Assembly (NCBI GenBank): GCA_950097015.1
Contig: CATNEN010000024.1
Span: 5,270,001 to 5,334,000 of the forward strand
Length of the DNA: 64,000 bases
Direction of reading: 5' to 3'
Source: Macrostomum hystrix
Lineage: Eukaryota > Animalia > Platyhelminthes
The notes beneath the pieces are model-generated. The model was not told where the DNA came from. It did not search any database and saw nothing but the letters and a program-made list of their open reading frames with translations. Positions within the stretch are counted from its first letter, which is position 1; the number at the start of each line of letters is the position of its first letter. The position numbers and the translations under genes were made by a program. Shown here piece after piece: positions 50,801 through 63,200 of this stretch.

Positions 50801-52775
50801 CCTGACACTGCTGTCATCTCACACTGCCTGACACTGCTGCCATCTCACACTGCCTGACACTGCTGTCATCTCACACTGCCCGACACTGCTGCCATCTCAC
50901 ACTGCCTGACACTGCTGTCATCTCACACTGCCCGACACTGCTGTCATCTCACACTGCCTGACACTGCTGTCATCTCACACTGCCCGACACTGCTGCCATC
51001 TCACACTGCCTGACACTGCTGTCATCTCACACTGCCTGACACTGCTGTCATCTCACACAGCCTGACACTGCTGTCATCTCACACTGCCTGACACTGCTGT
51101 CATCTCACACTGCCCGACACTGCTGTCATCTCACACACCCACACAATGAGAAGCACAATTTCTCCCGGCACAGCTTGCTCACCGGCTCTGCATCTCATTG
51201 TATCTGGTCTCAATATCGCGCAGCTGTTTCTCCAGTACTTTAACTGCCTCTTCCCGCTGCTGGATGGCCACACGAGTCTCAATCAGGTCATCGTCCAGCC
51301 TTCCAGCCTGTCCGTCGTATAGGTTGAAGAAACTGCTCAGAGTATCCATGTGCTTGGGGTCGAATGCGTCAACCGTGCCGCTGGGACCGGAGGCTGGGGC
51401 GGCCTGTGGTTGCTGACCGTCCTGCACAATGAGACAATGAGGGTGGCAGATGCAAATCAGACTGTGACAGATCCGCTAAAACTCGCATTCCCCTAAACCA
51501 GGGGTCAAAAAACTCCGGCCCGCGGGCCAGATGCGACCCTCGAAGCTCCCAAATCCGGCCCGTTGCCCCTTCCAGCACCTATAGTATCCTGTCTCATCTT
51601 CCCGTGTCTTATCTCTCCCCTGTCTTATCTTTCCCCTGTCTTATCTCTCCCACGTCTCATCTCTCCCGTGTCTCATCTCTATCGTGTCTCATCTCTATCA
51701 TGTCTCATCTCTCCCCTGACTCATTTCTCGCCTGTCTAATCTCTTCCGTGTCTCATCTCTCCCCTCACTCACCTCTCCCCTTTTTTCATATTTCTACAGT
51801 TAATGCGGCCCGCTGTCGTCTTTTAGGTTCTCTCCGTGGCCCAAACACAAATAAGTTTGCCGACCCCTGCCCTGAACGGTCCATGCGCTCACAGTTTTAG
51901 CTTCAGCACCGGCTGCAGGCGGCTCCGGCTTCCTGATGAGCATGTCGGCGAAGCTGTTCAACACGTCGCGCTGTTTGCGCAGCCGCGCCTGTCGATTGTT
52001 CAGACTCTCCAGCGCCCTCTGCTCCGCCTGCAGGGCCGCCTGTGCCGCCGCCCTCTGGCAGGCCTTGGCGTCCTCGCTCTGCCGATTGTTGCGGGCTGAA
52101 TAGGCCACGTCGGCTATGGTGGCAGGGCCCTTCACCTCCACTCTGCATGCCCACGATTGGTTGGGGTGGATTGTGAAATAATAGCCGCAATGAGCTCAGT
52201 ATTATTGCCTGTTTCTAAGCCCACGAGGAGAGCTAAAACAACAGCTGCCTGACATGATGCCTCTTCATTTTCAACTATTTGCTTTCTATTGACGATAAGA
52301 ATAAGCAATTCTGCATTGCTTCAGCTCATCCAGCTGTTAAATGGGTACCAGCATTAGCCGGGGTAATTAATAGAGGCCGGGTGTTGCGTTCCACCAGTCC
52401 ATGGACTGAAAACCCGGACGCAATTTGGGCAGGTGTAATAAATTATTAATTATAAGAAATAATAATTACACTAATAATAGCCAATGAATCAATCAGCCAG
52501 TATTTTTAAACTAACTGAAACCTGCAGCCTCACCTGATCGAGTCCTTATCAATCGCCGGTGTCAGGTCCCGGACAATGACCTCGCACTCGCCAACCAGGA
52601 CCCGGGGTCGCACTATGCGACAGACTTCAGCCCGGTCTAGGTAGACCGTCACCGACTTCACCTGGCAGCTGGAGGCGGTGAAGACGCTCCTCCTGGAGTC
52701 TCCGAACTGGCCGAGATTCGCCGCCTCGTCGGAGCCGGTGGCAAAGTCCTCCTCAGCCAGCTGGGCCATCTGCAT
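39547..52775 (-). CDS. DUF4140/DUF4139 protein (C. elegans F37C4.5-like; bacterial MuiA/TIGR02231-like family), about 659 aa, 10 exons
   Basis: Exons 52775-52534, 52142-51893, 51421-51183, 49230-49101, 48211-48066, 45425-45146, 42955-42683, 42343-42116, 40828-40720 and 39629-39547 total 1980 nt in frame. Motifs: VKSVTVYLDRAEV, SYVVSRAKWSPKYDIR, VQQSTGEDW, TIPSDGEAHKVTI, LLAGPANIYVDNNFV, FSCHLGAD, VEWDVDL. Confidence 0.9.
39715..39972 (-). mobile_element. tRNA-derived CORE-like SINE, family 2
   Basis: Minus-strand head GTAGGCTAGTGGTTAGAGCG...GGGTTCGACTCC followed by a CORE-like block; fragments also lie at about 40005-40130, 42450-42570 and 45470. Confidence 0.8.
41159..42003. mobile_element. 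hAT-type MITE with ~130-bp TIRs, perfect 8-bp TSD and internal (AATCT)n
   Basis: CAAGGACCACTAG...CTAGTGGTCCTTG, with GGTGGTTA at 41151-41158 and 42004-42011. Confidence 0.93.
41440..41795. repeat. (AATCT)n microsatellite
   Basis: About 70 pentamer units with variants, inside the MITE. Confidence 0.97.
43120..43478 (-). mobile_element. tRNA-derived SINE, family 1, near full length
   Basis: Minus strand reads GGGGTCGGTGGCAGAGCGGTTAACGCG...AAGTTCGATTCCACGGCGAGGCC, then the shared body and an (ATT)n tail. Confidence 0.88.
46480..48030. repeat. ~30-bp minisatellite (GCTGGGTTTAGAAGACCCGGGGAAGAAAGT) with variable G-run, intronic
   Basis: About 50 copies. Confidence 0.96.
49305..49955. repeat. 20-bp minisatellite (TCATCCTCTGTCACTCCGAA), intronic
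   Basis: About 30 copies. Confidence 0.93.
50435..51137. repeat. 26-bp minisatellite (CACACTGCCTGACACTGCTGTCATCT), intronic
   Basis: About 27 copies. Confidence 0.96.
51499..51869. mobile_element. hAT-type MITE (CAGGGGTC...GACCCCTG) in a DUF4139 intron
   Basis: Terminal inverted repeats, with 8-bp flanks CCCTAAAC and CCCTGAAC (7/8 match) and a CT-rich internal repeat. Confidence 0.88.
52300..52450 (+). mobile_element. CORE-like SINE family 2, partial
   Basis: CAGCTGTTAAATGGGTACCAGC...CAGTCCATGGACTG...CAGGTGTAAT plus an ATT-rich tail. Confidence 0.7.
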
Positions 52776-53239
52776 GTTCGCTGTCGGTCTGGTTTTGAAA
52801 GTTTCGGAAGCAATCTGGATGAGTTAAGTTGCTGAATTAGCAGGATTTGCAGCTCCGCAGCTACAGCTGGGGTCCTGATATTTGTGCACAAAGGACTGGG
52901 GTGGAATACACGACTCTCCCACACCCTACTCTCCCTTTCCTTTTTTTACCCCCCGAGGGGTGAGGCCTGCGCTTTTCCGTCCAATCGCCGCCTAGTGGAT
53001 TCAACCAAGCCCGTCCTTTCCTCTCCCCTCAGTTCCCGAATCCTCCAGAGCAGTCCTTGAGTCTACAATTTCCTTTTCTCTCTTGTCTTACTTTTTTTCC
53101 AAGCCTATTCTTCAATCGCCAGTAACTGTGAGCAACTCCTCCAGTGGGGGGAGCTGGCCCGTCAGATCCCAGAGGAATGCGAGATCCCCTGTTCAATGTT
53201 CTCATTTTGCTTCGGAAATGGTATGATTAGTTATTAGTA

Positions 53240-53545
53240 ATAATCATATTAATAATAATAGTTGATTACACCTGTCCCAATCAGGCCAGATGTGCAGCCG
53301 ACAGCACAGCCGCAGCTATTGGGTGGCGCATCTGAAGACTGCGTACAGCTGTTCAGTCCATGGACTGGGGGGACGCCACACCCACCTTCAATTATCCCAG
53401 CTGATGCTGGTACCCATTTAACAGCTGGGTGAACTGAAGCAATGCAGAGCTAAGTGTCTTGCTAAAGGACACAATTGTTCCAGTGGAATCGGGAATCGAA
53501 CCCCCGACCTTCAAGTCGTGAGTCTGACGCCCTAACTACTAGGGT
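53240..53545 (-). mobile_element. CORE-like SINE family 2, near full length
   Basis: Minus-strand head TAGTAGTTAGGGCG...GGTTCGATTCC, then TGTGTCCTTTAGCAAGACACTTAGCTCTGCATTGCTTCAGTTCACCCAGCTGTTAAATGGG. Confidence 0.85.
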
Positions 53546-54504
53546 ACAACCTCCTAGCCTAGGAGGCTCATATGAGCGGTATGATTAGAAAATACTACTA
53601 ATTTTAATTGCCTTTTATCCAGCATCTGTAAAATGTCCACAGACTGAACAATTGTACACTATGCAATAGCTGCGGCTGTGCATAACCCTTAATAGTATTG
53701 CAGTAGCATCAAGCTGATATTCATACTCCATTATCTCTGCAAGTCATATTCATTGGGTTATCAGTGACACACAATCTTCCTGCTCCAAATCAGTGCTCAG
53801 TGTATGCTCAACTTGAGATTGCAGTCATTTTAAAGTAAAGCTCAGACGACAGGACAGAAGTGGCTGTAAAGCGGGGGGATATTGACTGTCCAGGAAAAAA
53901 GGGATCTACATGAACGGCGGACCCTATGGACGCTGGGATTCATTTATAATTAAAAGCCGGGGCCTAGTCACCCTCCGAGTTAGTAGTTCCAATTAAGAGA
54001 GTAAGCGTGGCGCCGTCGGCTCTCTGTGATTTATGACTCAGCGACCCGTCACACGGCGCGCCGGAACTCGCCTTCGGAACCGGCCTCCGCTCCCACCAGC
54101 CTCCCTCCTTCCCATCACGCCAATCTCCCGGCCTCGCTAGCCACAAAATTAGATTAATCTGCTGCGGCTCTCATCGGCTGCTAGATGAACTAAGCGTTAA
54201 TTACCAGCCTCACACGCACCCAGATGCTTCTATTCGTTTTTCTAAGTTTTCTAAGTTGCCAGATTGTGTCTATTCGTGCGCAGCATTTGCTACTAATGAT
54301 ACTACCGCACGATTGTGATTCCTACTGGATTGCTAGCCGTAAAGAATGAGCCGATTCAAATCTCAGATATTGAAAAGATGTTTAAGTTTAGTAGAAATTT
54401 GTGAAGATAATATTATAAGAAGAAGAGAACAGAACAGAAGAGAAGGGGAGAGCAGTGATAAGGACAAGGTTAATAATGACATTTATTTTTATAAGGACAA
54501 CAAT

Positions 54505-54790
54505 ATTAATATTTGATTACACCTGTATCCATAGGGTCACATTTGTAGCCGACAGCACAGTCGCAGCTATCGCGCGGCGCATTTGAAGACTGTGTACGTC
54601 TCTTCAGTCCATGGACTGGGGGACGCCACACCCACTTCACCCCAGCTAATGCTGGTTTCCAGTTAATAGCTGGGTGAACTGAAGCAATGCAGAGTTAAGT
54701 GTCTTGCTGAAGGACACAATTTGGTCAGATGGAGTCGACAATCGAACCCTTGACCTTCAAGTCTTGAGTCAGACGGAATATCTACTTGTA
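54505..54790 (-). mobile_element. CORE-like SINE family 2, near full length
   Basis: Same head, B-box GGGTTCGATT, core and tail as the copy at 53240-53545. Confidence 0.82.
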
Positions 54791-54869
54791 CTAATGGGCT
54801 ATAGCCCCCCACCGAGGTCAGGCCAGGACAGACAGTACGACAAACACAGACAGAGTAATAAATAGATTC

Positions 54870-56030
54870 GGGTGATAACGACAGAGAGTGATAAGGGCAG
54901 ATAGAGAGATAAGGAGAATGGAGTGATAAGGAGAATGGAGTGATAAGGAGAATGGAGTGATAAGGAGAATGGAGTGATAAGGAGAATGGAGTATAAGGAG
55001 AATGGAGTGCTAAGGAGAATGGAGTGATAAGGAGAGCAGGGTGATAAGGAGAGCAGGGTGATAAGGAGAACAGAGTGATAAAGAGAATGGAATAATAAGG
55101 AGAGCGGAGTGATACGGAGAATGGAGTGATAAGGAGAGCAGAGTGATAAGGAGAACAGAGTGATAAAGAGAATGGAATAATAAGGAGAGCGGAGTGATAC
55201 GGAGAATGGAGTGATAAGGAGAGCAGAGTGATAAAGAGATTAGAGTGATAAGGAGAGTGGAGTGATAAGGAGACTAGAGACATAAGCAGAGCGGAGTGAT
55301 AAGGACAGACAGAGTTATAAGGGGAGCGGAGTGATAAGGAGAGTGGAGTGATAAGGAGAATGGAGTGATAAGGAGAATGGAGTGATAAGGAGAATGGAGT
55401 GATAAGGAGAGATAAGGAGAGCAGAGTGATAAAGAGAATGGAGTGATAAGGAGAGCGGAGTGATAAGGAGAGCGGAGTGATAAGGAGAGCGGAGTGATAA
55501 GGAGAGTGGAGTGATAGGGACAGACAGAGCTATAAGGAGAGCGGAGTGATAAGGAGAGTGGAGTGATAGGGACAGACAGAGCTATAAGGAGAGCGGTGGG
55601 GTAAGGAGAGTGGAGTGATAGGGACAGACAGAGCTATAAGGAGAGCGGTGGGGTAAGGAGAGGGAGTGATAGGGACAGACAGAGCTATAAGGAGAGCGGT
55701 GGGGTAAGGAGAGGGAGTGATAGGGACAGACATAGCTATAAGGAGAGCGGTGGGGTAAGGAGAGGGAGTGATAAGGAGAGCGGAGTGATAAGGAGAGCGG
55801 AGTGATAAGGAGAGTGGAGTGATAGGGACAGACAGAGCTATAAGGAGAGCGGAGTGATAAGGAGAGTGGAGTGATAGGGACAGACAGAGCTATAAGGAGA
55901 GCGGAGTGATAAGGAGAGTGGAGTGATAGGGACAGACAGAGCTATAAGGAGAGCGGTGGGGTAAGGAGAGGGAGTGATAGGGACAGACATAGCTATAAGG
56001 AGAGCGGAGTGATAAGGAGAGGGAGAGAGA
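54870..56030. repeat. Purine-rich minisatellite (17-bp AAGGAGAATGGAGTGAT and longer composite units)
   Basis: Tandem array with changing unit structure. Confidence 0.92.
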
Positions 56031-56869
56031 TCAAAGTGAGTTAGCTGGAGAAGCAGCCTTGGCTCAGGCCGTTGTGTCGAACTGTCGAGTCCTTACAAAG
56101 TTGATGTTTCTCAAAGTGGATTTCTCAACAGCAGCGGCCCCAAGAATAGCTGGGCTCAGCTTGCTCACTCACTAATCCGAATGTTCATTCAAGACCACGC
56201 CGGGGCTTCTTACTTTGGGAGCAGTTGAGCCAGGCAACTAAACTTAATTAAGCGACTCCGCTGCGTGTCAGGCAAGGGATGCCGCAGAAACGGTCACATG
56301 TGCTCAGATTGCATAATAAGCGAGGATGAGGCGGTGCAGCGGAGTGTTCAATCTCAGGCCTCCACCCGCCGGGCTTGATTTCGTCAACTGCTGGGATTGC
56401 CGACCCCTATCGATCGCTGCTCAAGAGCAACAGGTGCAGTTGACTCACATTGTTGAGTTTTGCCAACTAGTACATTGCTGTAGGGAATGCTTAGAATTTA
56501 GAACTTTATGGCGTGTAGCCATCGCATCGCATTTTTAAAGCAGTTTTCAAGCACAGCCTACAGGGACGACAAAATAGAAACATGAGAACGGCAGGGAAGT
56601 GAAAGAATTGAAGGGAAAAGCGGAATAACCAGATGGAAGGAGATCTGGGAGACGGACCGGAAGGAAACAGATCTGAGACTGATTTATTGAGTGTCGGATT
56701 TCAGCTTTCTGGTCCTGCCAGTAGTTTAAAAGTTCTGTAAACAGAATCGTCACCAGTACGACCGTATAGATAGAGCTAGTCAAATGCTCGAAGATTTGTT
56801 CCTTATTTCCCTCGTCGACAGCTTAATTAGCAGTCGACAGCTGCTAATCCCTGACGATAACTTATCATG

Positions 56870-57787
56870 TCGATGGTAAAACCTCAAGGGTCTCATCCAT
56901 GTCACATCGCTTGGATGGTAAAACCTCGAGGATCTCATCCGTGTCACATCGCTTGGATGGTTAAATATCGAGGATCTCATCCGTGTCACATCGCTTGGAT
57001 GGTAAAACCTCAAGGGTCTCATCCATGTCACATCGCTTGGATGGTAAAACCTCGAGGATCTCATCCGTGTCACATCGCTTGGATGGTTAAATATCGAGGA
57101 TCTCATCCGTGTCACATCGCTTGGATGGTAAAACCTCAAGGGTCTCATCCATGTCACATCGCTTGGATGGTAAAACCTCGAGGATCTCATCCGTATCACA
57201 TCGCTTGGATGGTAAAACCTCGAGGATCTCATCCGTGTCACATCGCTTGGATGGTAAAACCTCGAGGATCTCATCCGTGTCACATCGCTTGGATGGTGAA
57301 ACCTCAAGGGTCTCATCCATGTCACATCGCTTGGATGGTAATACCTCGAGGATCTCATCCGTGTCACATCGCTTGGATGGTTAAACCTCGAGGGTCTCAT
57401 CTATGTCACATCGCTTGGATGGCAAAACCTCGAGGTCTCATCCGTGTCACATCGCTTGGATGGTAAAACCTCGAGGATCTCATCCGTATCACATCGCTTG
57501 GATGGTAAAACCTCGAGGATCTCATCCGTGTCACATCGCTTGGATGGTAAAACCTCGAGGATCTCATCCGTGTCACATCGCTTGGATGGTGAAACCTCAA
57601 GGGTCTCATCCATGTCACATCGCTTGGATGGTAATACCTCGAGGATCTCATCCGTGTCACATCGCTTGGATGGTTAAACCTCGAGGGTCTCATCTATGTC
57701 ACATCGCTTGGATGGCAAAACCTCGAGGTCTCATCCGTGTCACATCGCTTGGATGGTAAAACCTCGAGGATCTCATCCGTGTCACAC
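56870..57787. repeat. 42-bp minisatellite with 293-bp higher-order duplication
   Basis: GTCACATCGC recurs at 56901 and 56943; a rare variant recurs at about 57396 and 57689. Confidence 0.95.
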
Positions 57788-58294
57788 TTGTGCCAATGGT
57801 AAAAATAAAGTATAATATAAATAAATACGATGTTAAGACCGATTTGTGAATCAAGATGTGGGGTGCGTCGGTGTGAATTCGGCTGCTCAGTGTCACTTGG
57901 AATCAAGAGTAATTATCATCAAATTTCTTTCGCGTTCACCACCAGCATTGCATGGCGGTTCATCTTTTGTGGATCCGAATCAACTTCACCAGAGCGCTCC
58001 TTTTAGACTAATTCAAACTCTCCTAATTATTGATTTATCTGTCGCATGTGGCTACGGCTATCTCTTCCTCTTTATGTATATTTATATACTCGTATGTATA
58101 TATGTTCTCTCGTTCTTTCTCTTACTGCTATCCACTCAGCCGATCAGTCGCTATGTTCGCACAATTTCCCCCCAGCAATATAGATCGATACACTCTCGCT
58201 CGAAATCTTCCCAAACCTCATTTTAGCTCACTTGAAAAATCTCCACACTCTTGTGAGCTGTATTTGCGTTGAGGTGAGATGAAAAGGGTTGAGA

Positions 58295-59010
58295 ATGGGT
58301 TGAGAATATGGATGAGAATGGATGATGCTGAGAATGGATGAGGCTGATAATGTGGATGAGAACGGATGAGGCTAAGAATATGGATGAGAATGAATGATGC
58401 TGAGAATGGATGAGAATGGATGAGTCTGATAATGTGGATGAGAACGGATGAGGCTGAGAATATGGATGAGAATGGATGATGCTGAGAATGGATGAGAATG
58501 GATGAGGCTGAGAATGGATGATGCTGAGAATGGATGAGAATGGATGAGAATGGATGAGGCTGAGAACGGATGAGGCTGAGAATGTGGATGAGAATGGATG
58601 AGGCTGAGAATGGATGAGGCTGAGAATGGATGAGAATTGATGAGGCTGAGAATGGATGAGAATTGATGAGGCTGAGAATGGATGAGAATGGATGAGGCTG
58701 AGAATGGATGAGAATTGATGAGGCTGAGAATGGATGATGCTGAGAATGGATGAGAATGGATGAGAATGGATGAGTCTGAGAATGGATGAGGCTGATAATG
58801 TGGAAGAGAATGGATGAGGCTGAGAATGTGGATGAGAATGGATGAGGCTGAGAATGTGGATGAGAATGGATGAGGCTGAGAATGTGGATGAGAATGGATG
58901 AGGCTGAGAATGTGGATGAGAATGGATGAGGCTGAGAATGTGGATGAGAATGGATGAGGCTGAGAATGTGGATGAGAATGGATGAGGCTGAGAATGTGGA
59001 TGAGAATGTG
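58295..59010. repeat. GAGAATGGAT/GAGGCT composite minisatellite (10/16/26-bp units)
   Basis: Tandem array. Confidence 0.92.
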
Positions 59011-59715
59011 GTTAAGAGAATTTATGTGCTTAAATTCACATCAGACACAGCATTTTTTATCTCTTTGACTGTCTCTAGGCTTTATCAGTTTTTTATTCGG
59101 TAGCTGCAAGTAAGGACACATGAGGCTTATCCTGAGCTTTATATGTGTGTTTCTTTTGGAACTTTCTCTGCCTGAGAAAGCCTGCACTTTTCTTTATTAC
59201 TCTAGGCAAGTTTCTGGGAATGTCTGCTCCTAATGCAGCCCGAACTCGCATGTGTTTTAGGCATGAGATTAGCCTCTCTAACCGCTCTCACAGATGCGCC
59301 ACTGATGACTGGGCGTCCCTCTCTCGCTGCCCTCTTCACCGCTGAATTTGTGCCTTTTTTAATTACTGCCGCGAACGCGAACTGTCGGCACCCAGGTTCT
59401 GCCCTCGGCTCAGGAAATCAAATGGGGTTGCGGTGACCTTAACAGAGAGAGAGAGCTGGTGAAAATGGATGGATGGCAGAGCTGTGGGATTGGGGAAAAT
59501 CGTAATTTTCAGGTGAAGTGTCTCCCTCTCTCGAGCTTAATCTTTCTCAATGCGCACAATCCGAACATTCTAAAATTAGACTTTGGTCCATTCGCACCAT
59601 GTTTCACATTATTCTCACATTGTTTCTATTCTTTTTTTCATGCTAGTCTTTCTGTCCGATTGAATGAATTGACGTGAAAAGTAGCCGTGCAGAAGAGATT
59701 GAAGTCTGCACTCAC

Positions 59716-60220
59716 CGGGGCCTTCCCGGTCCTAGGTGCGACCGGCTTGGCAGCGGCGGCGGCATCGTCGGCAGAGGCGGCGGGGGCGGAGGTCGCGCTG
59801 GCATCGGCAGGGCTGTTAGGAGGTCCTCTGACTCGCGTGCCAATGCTTCAGCCTCAGCGTCAGCATCATCGTCCTGGTCTGAAACGTTCGACGCCCCATA
59901 TGCGCCTCTCCGCGCCGACAGGGGCGTGCAATTCGCCGATGCGGCGTCTTCGACGTAATCATCAGCGAGCTCGTCTGGATAGAGCGAGTCCTCCTTGTAG
60001 TCGGCGAGTCCAGGCAGTCCATCGGCTTCAAGGCTGTCAAACTCGGTGGACGGCGAGCCGATGATGCGATCTATGGAGGAGCCGCATCGGCCGGTCGCCG
60101 GCTTCATGGAGCGATGAGTCACTGAAGTAGGTCTTCTAGTGACTTGCCGCAGATCGCTGTTTTTCTTTTGCCTAATTCTTTCTGTTCCGCTTTGGTGCTG
60201 CGAGGTCTCGGACGGCAAAC
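59716..60220 (-). CDS. Isolated internal coding exon, acidic then proline-rich, gene unidentified
   Basis: Open, GC-rich 505 nt bounded by CAG acceptor and CG|GTGAGT donor; encodes DGLPGLADYKEDSLYPDELADDY...RPPPPPPLP. Partner exons were not found. Confidence 0.6.
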
Positions 60221-63200
60221 CTGCTTGACTGATTCAAACAATGCAAATCGGGGAGCTAGGGGAGGGTTGGGAGGGTGGGTAACAGGGTGAGACTAGAGAG
60301 CCTAGCACTGGTGGGTCAGCGCGCTTGCAGCCGCTCCCTTCTCCCCCCGGCTTGGCTAGTACACAAACTGCACAGCCTGTCACGGCTTAGCCATTGCTAA
60401 AGAGGCGGATTAACTAACTCAACTCCCCCGCCGGCGTAGTTGAGAAGAGTCCTTCTCTTCCTCTCACTGCCTCGCTTGTGTTCCCAACTTTCCAGCCTAC
60501 TACAGTGAGGGCTTGTGTGTGTAGATTTAGCTAGTAATGAAGGGTAAAGAACGAGCCTTGAAGGAATATAAGCTAGAATAATGAGACAGACAGGGCGTGG
60601 GGGACAACTGGATCTCGGATGAGCAAACGCCGTCAAGAGTATTGAGGCCGCATCGAGGTCGGCCCTTTAGTGCTGTACCCGGGACGCTCTCAAGCTTGAA
60701 GCGTGTGTGTGTGGGGGGGAGCCGGGTAATATAGAACTAGTTGCCCAGCAATGCCTGGCAATGCCCACCCGTCTGTGCCGAGACGGAATCGGAGCGAAAG
60801 GGAGAGACGACCTCATCACGCCTCGGGGGTCTGTGGCTTGGTTTGTGGCCTAGTGAGCGGTGCTAAGGAAGAAGCGGCCTTTGCTATTTGAATGCACAGC
60901 TGGGGCTGTGGGAAGGCTATTGCAGCTGTCAGTCATTGGTGGACTGAGAGGGGGTCGGATGACTCAAATAGATTTGCTCCCATAGCATGGTTTTAGCTTA
61001 CAATATTAGCATACCAAGGCCGGCATGCGGAGTGTGTGACAACAATGGCGCTATAATAATGCGACTTCTACAGCTGACAGGAGTCAGCAGACCGTCTGGA
61101 AAAACCGGATGCGCCATTTAAGCCCGGGTCGCTCATACCAAAGGACAGCGTGAGCTGATGCACGCGTATAGCTCTGCTAAAAAGTTACTCACAAAATTCT
61201 AGGAATTTAAGTGAAAGTTAATGTGGATTTTTCGCTCACGATTTCATGCAGCTGTGAAAAGGGATTGGGAGCTAGGCACCTATACTCAACTTGATCCACA
61301 ATCATGTGTCAATGAGATACAAAAAATGCCACCGTGAAGCATCTGGGGAAGATTGATGCAGAGTGATGCATCGGTCAGAGACATTGCGTGGATGCAGTAA
61401 TTGCAATCCAGTCCGAAATTACCCGCGCGTCGCAAAATCTGATTGCTTTTTTCTCTTCCTTTCTTTGAATTGCAAGAATATTTTCTTTCGAATGAACTGC
61501 CGGGCCAGTCTCCCTTGCACAAGACGCAGAGGAGATACTGTACTGAAGTCAATTAATTCTTCTAATATGTTAGTAGGGGAGTATGCAGTCAGCACAGAAG
61601 CATTGATTTGGCCAATTCCTACCCCTCTGCATGCACCTGATCTTCAGAGAATCAGTTTTAGACTTAACTGAATTCAATGGTCCATACACTACAGAGAGCA
61701 TCTGCTTTTATGAGGAGTCTCCAGTGATTTCCCAGATTTCGATTATTGTTTTCGCTTCTTTCTTTACATGGCTGCCTGCCAAAGAATTTTTTCTTCTTGC
61801 ATAAGCAAGAGTTCAATTTTGTTCGAATTGCCACAGGCTATTTATATCGACGCGAAAGTCGACAGTTCTCTAATAACATATTGCATCATGCCTAATGTAT
61901 CGGGCAGCTTATGTCGTTAACCAAAGCGCCTGAATTATTTCTGAAATGGGAAAAATTTTTAATAGACTCGCCTAGTTAGCTATATAACCGCATTGTGCAA
62001 GCGATAATATGGGACCTGAGGCTTTTCATGTTTACATACTTACATGTACTGTAATTTCATTTAGAATTACGGATACATGTAACTGTACGTGTACTCTTTA
62101 TAACAATTCAGTGTCCGGAATGTTTACACCAAATGTTTACACAAATCAGATCGAATCGGGTTTCGACAGCGAAAAATGTAAATATTGTAGACTGCTAATT
62201 AACGGGCGCGCGAGGAGTATCAACGGGTACAGTAAAATGTGTACATAAAGTACAATACGTAAAGTACATTGTACATAAAAATAAATACTTGCTACTCGTA
62301 TATGCATAGTGCAATGCAATACGATCGTAATTTATATGCTTAACTTATAAAAGACAATTGTGCCGGAAAACTAAAATGATCTGCGATAAAGAAGAAAATA
62401 ATATTTTTATCGACCCATAAAGCAATTATCAATATACAAAAAAGTTTGAGCTTTCGGTGCAATCAAGCTAGCGCACTGCGCAATTATTCCATAATTCGAT
62501 CGCTAAACTTTCTGTTGCTCTTCACGATGTGAGAGAATTTCGAAGCAAAGGTAATGAAAAATGTATTACGAATTTTCAATATGCTTTTTAGAATGAATGA
62601 AAAACCTAGAGACATTTTAAGACCTAAAAACTGACATTTTTGAAGTGAAAAATTACATCACAATCAATACTGCATTATGTGCACTGTAAAGCCAAATGGT
62701 CGTGATGAAAAGTTTTTGGTCACGGCTGGAGAGTATGCATAACAGAATTTTATAATGCGCGTTGAAAATAGTGCACAGGTTTTTTTCATGGATGCAAAGT
62801 ATTTTTACGTGCAGCAGTGAAGATCATGGTGAAAAAAATTGTTGTACTCATTAGGATCGAAACAAAATAAAAAATCTTTCAAAATTTCGAATAATCGTAG
62901 AAATGTACGTTAAACGAAATAAACTTCTTGGTCGTCGAAAAACCTAGTGAAAATTTAGTTTTGACCAGAAAGCATGATTAAAATTTTTATATAGTGGAGA
63001 TTAATTATTTTGCTAGGTAACTTTTTTGCTCAGAAATAATAGCTAGATATAAATAAAATAATTATATATCATGTTTCATAAAGTTAAAAGTGATGGAGAA
63101 AACTAGGAAAAAATATAACTAGTTTTTAGAGAAGCTGGATCCATTTATATGCTGTAATTAATTATATGCTAAATACACTTCGATTTTTTATTGCTCCTCT

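Noticed and set aside
1-51137. G-rich sense-strand bias of intronic arrays (G-quadruplex idea)
   Set aside because: Orientation is inconsistent; for example the 1150-1885 and 46480-48030 arrays are C-rich on the sense strand.
39900-54790. tRNA-like sequences with A and B boxes
   Set aside because: They continue into shared SINE bodies and tails and do not form complete cloverleafs.
46480-57787. CRISPR-like appearance of the 26-42-bp arrays
   Set aside because: Units are head-to-tail with no unique spacers, there are no cas genes, and the context is eukaryotic.
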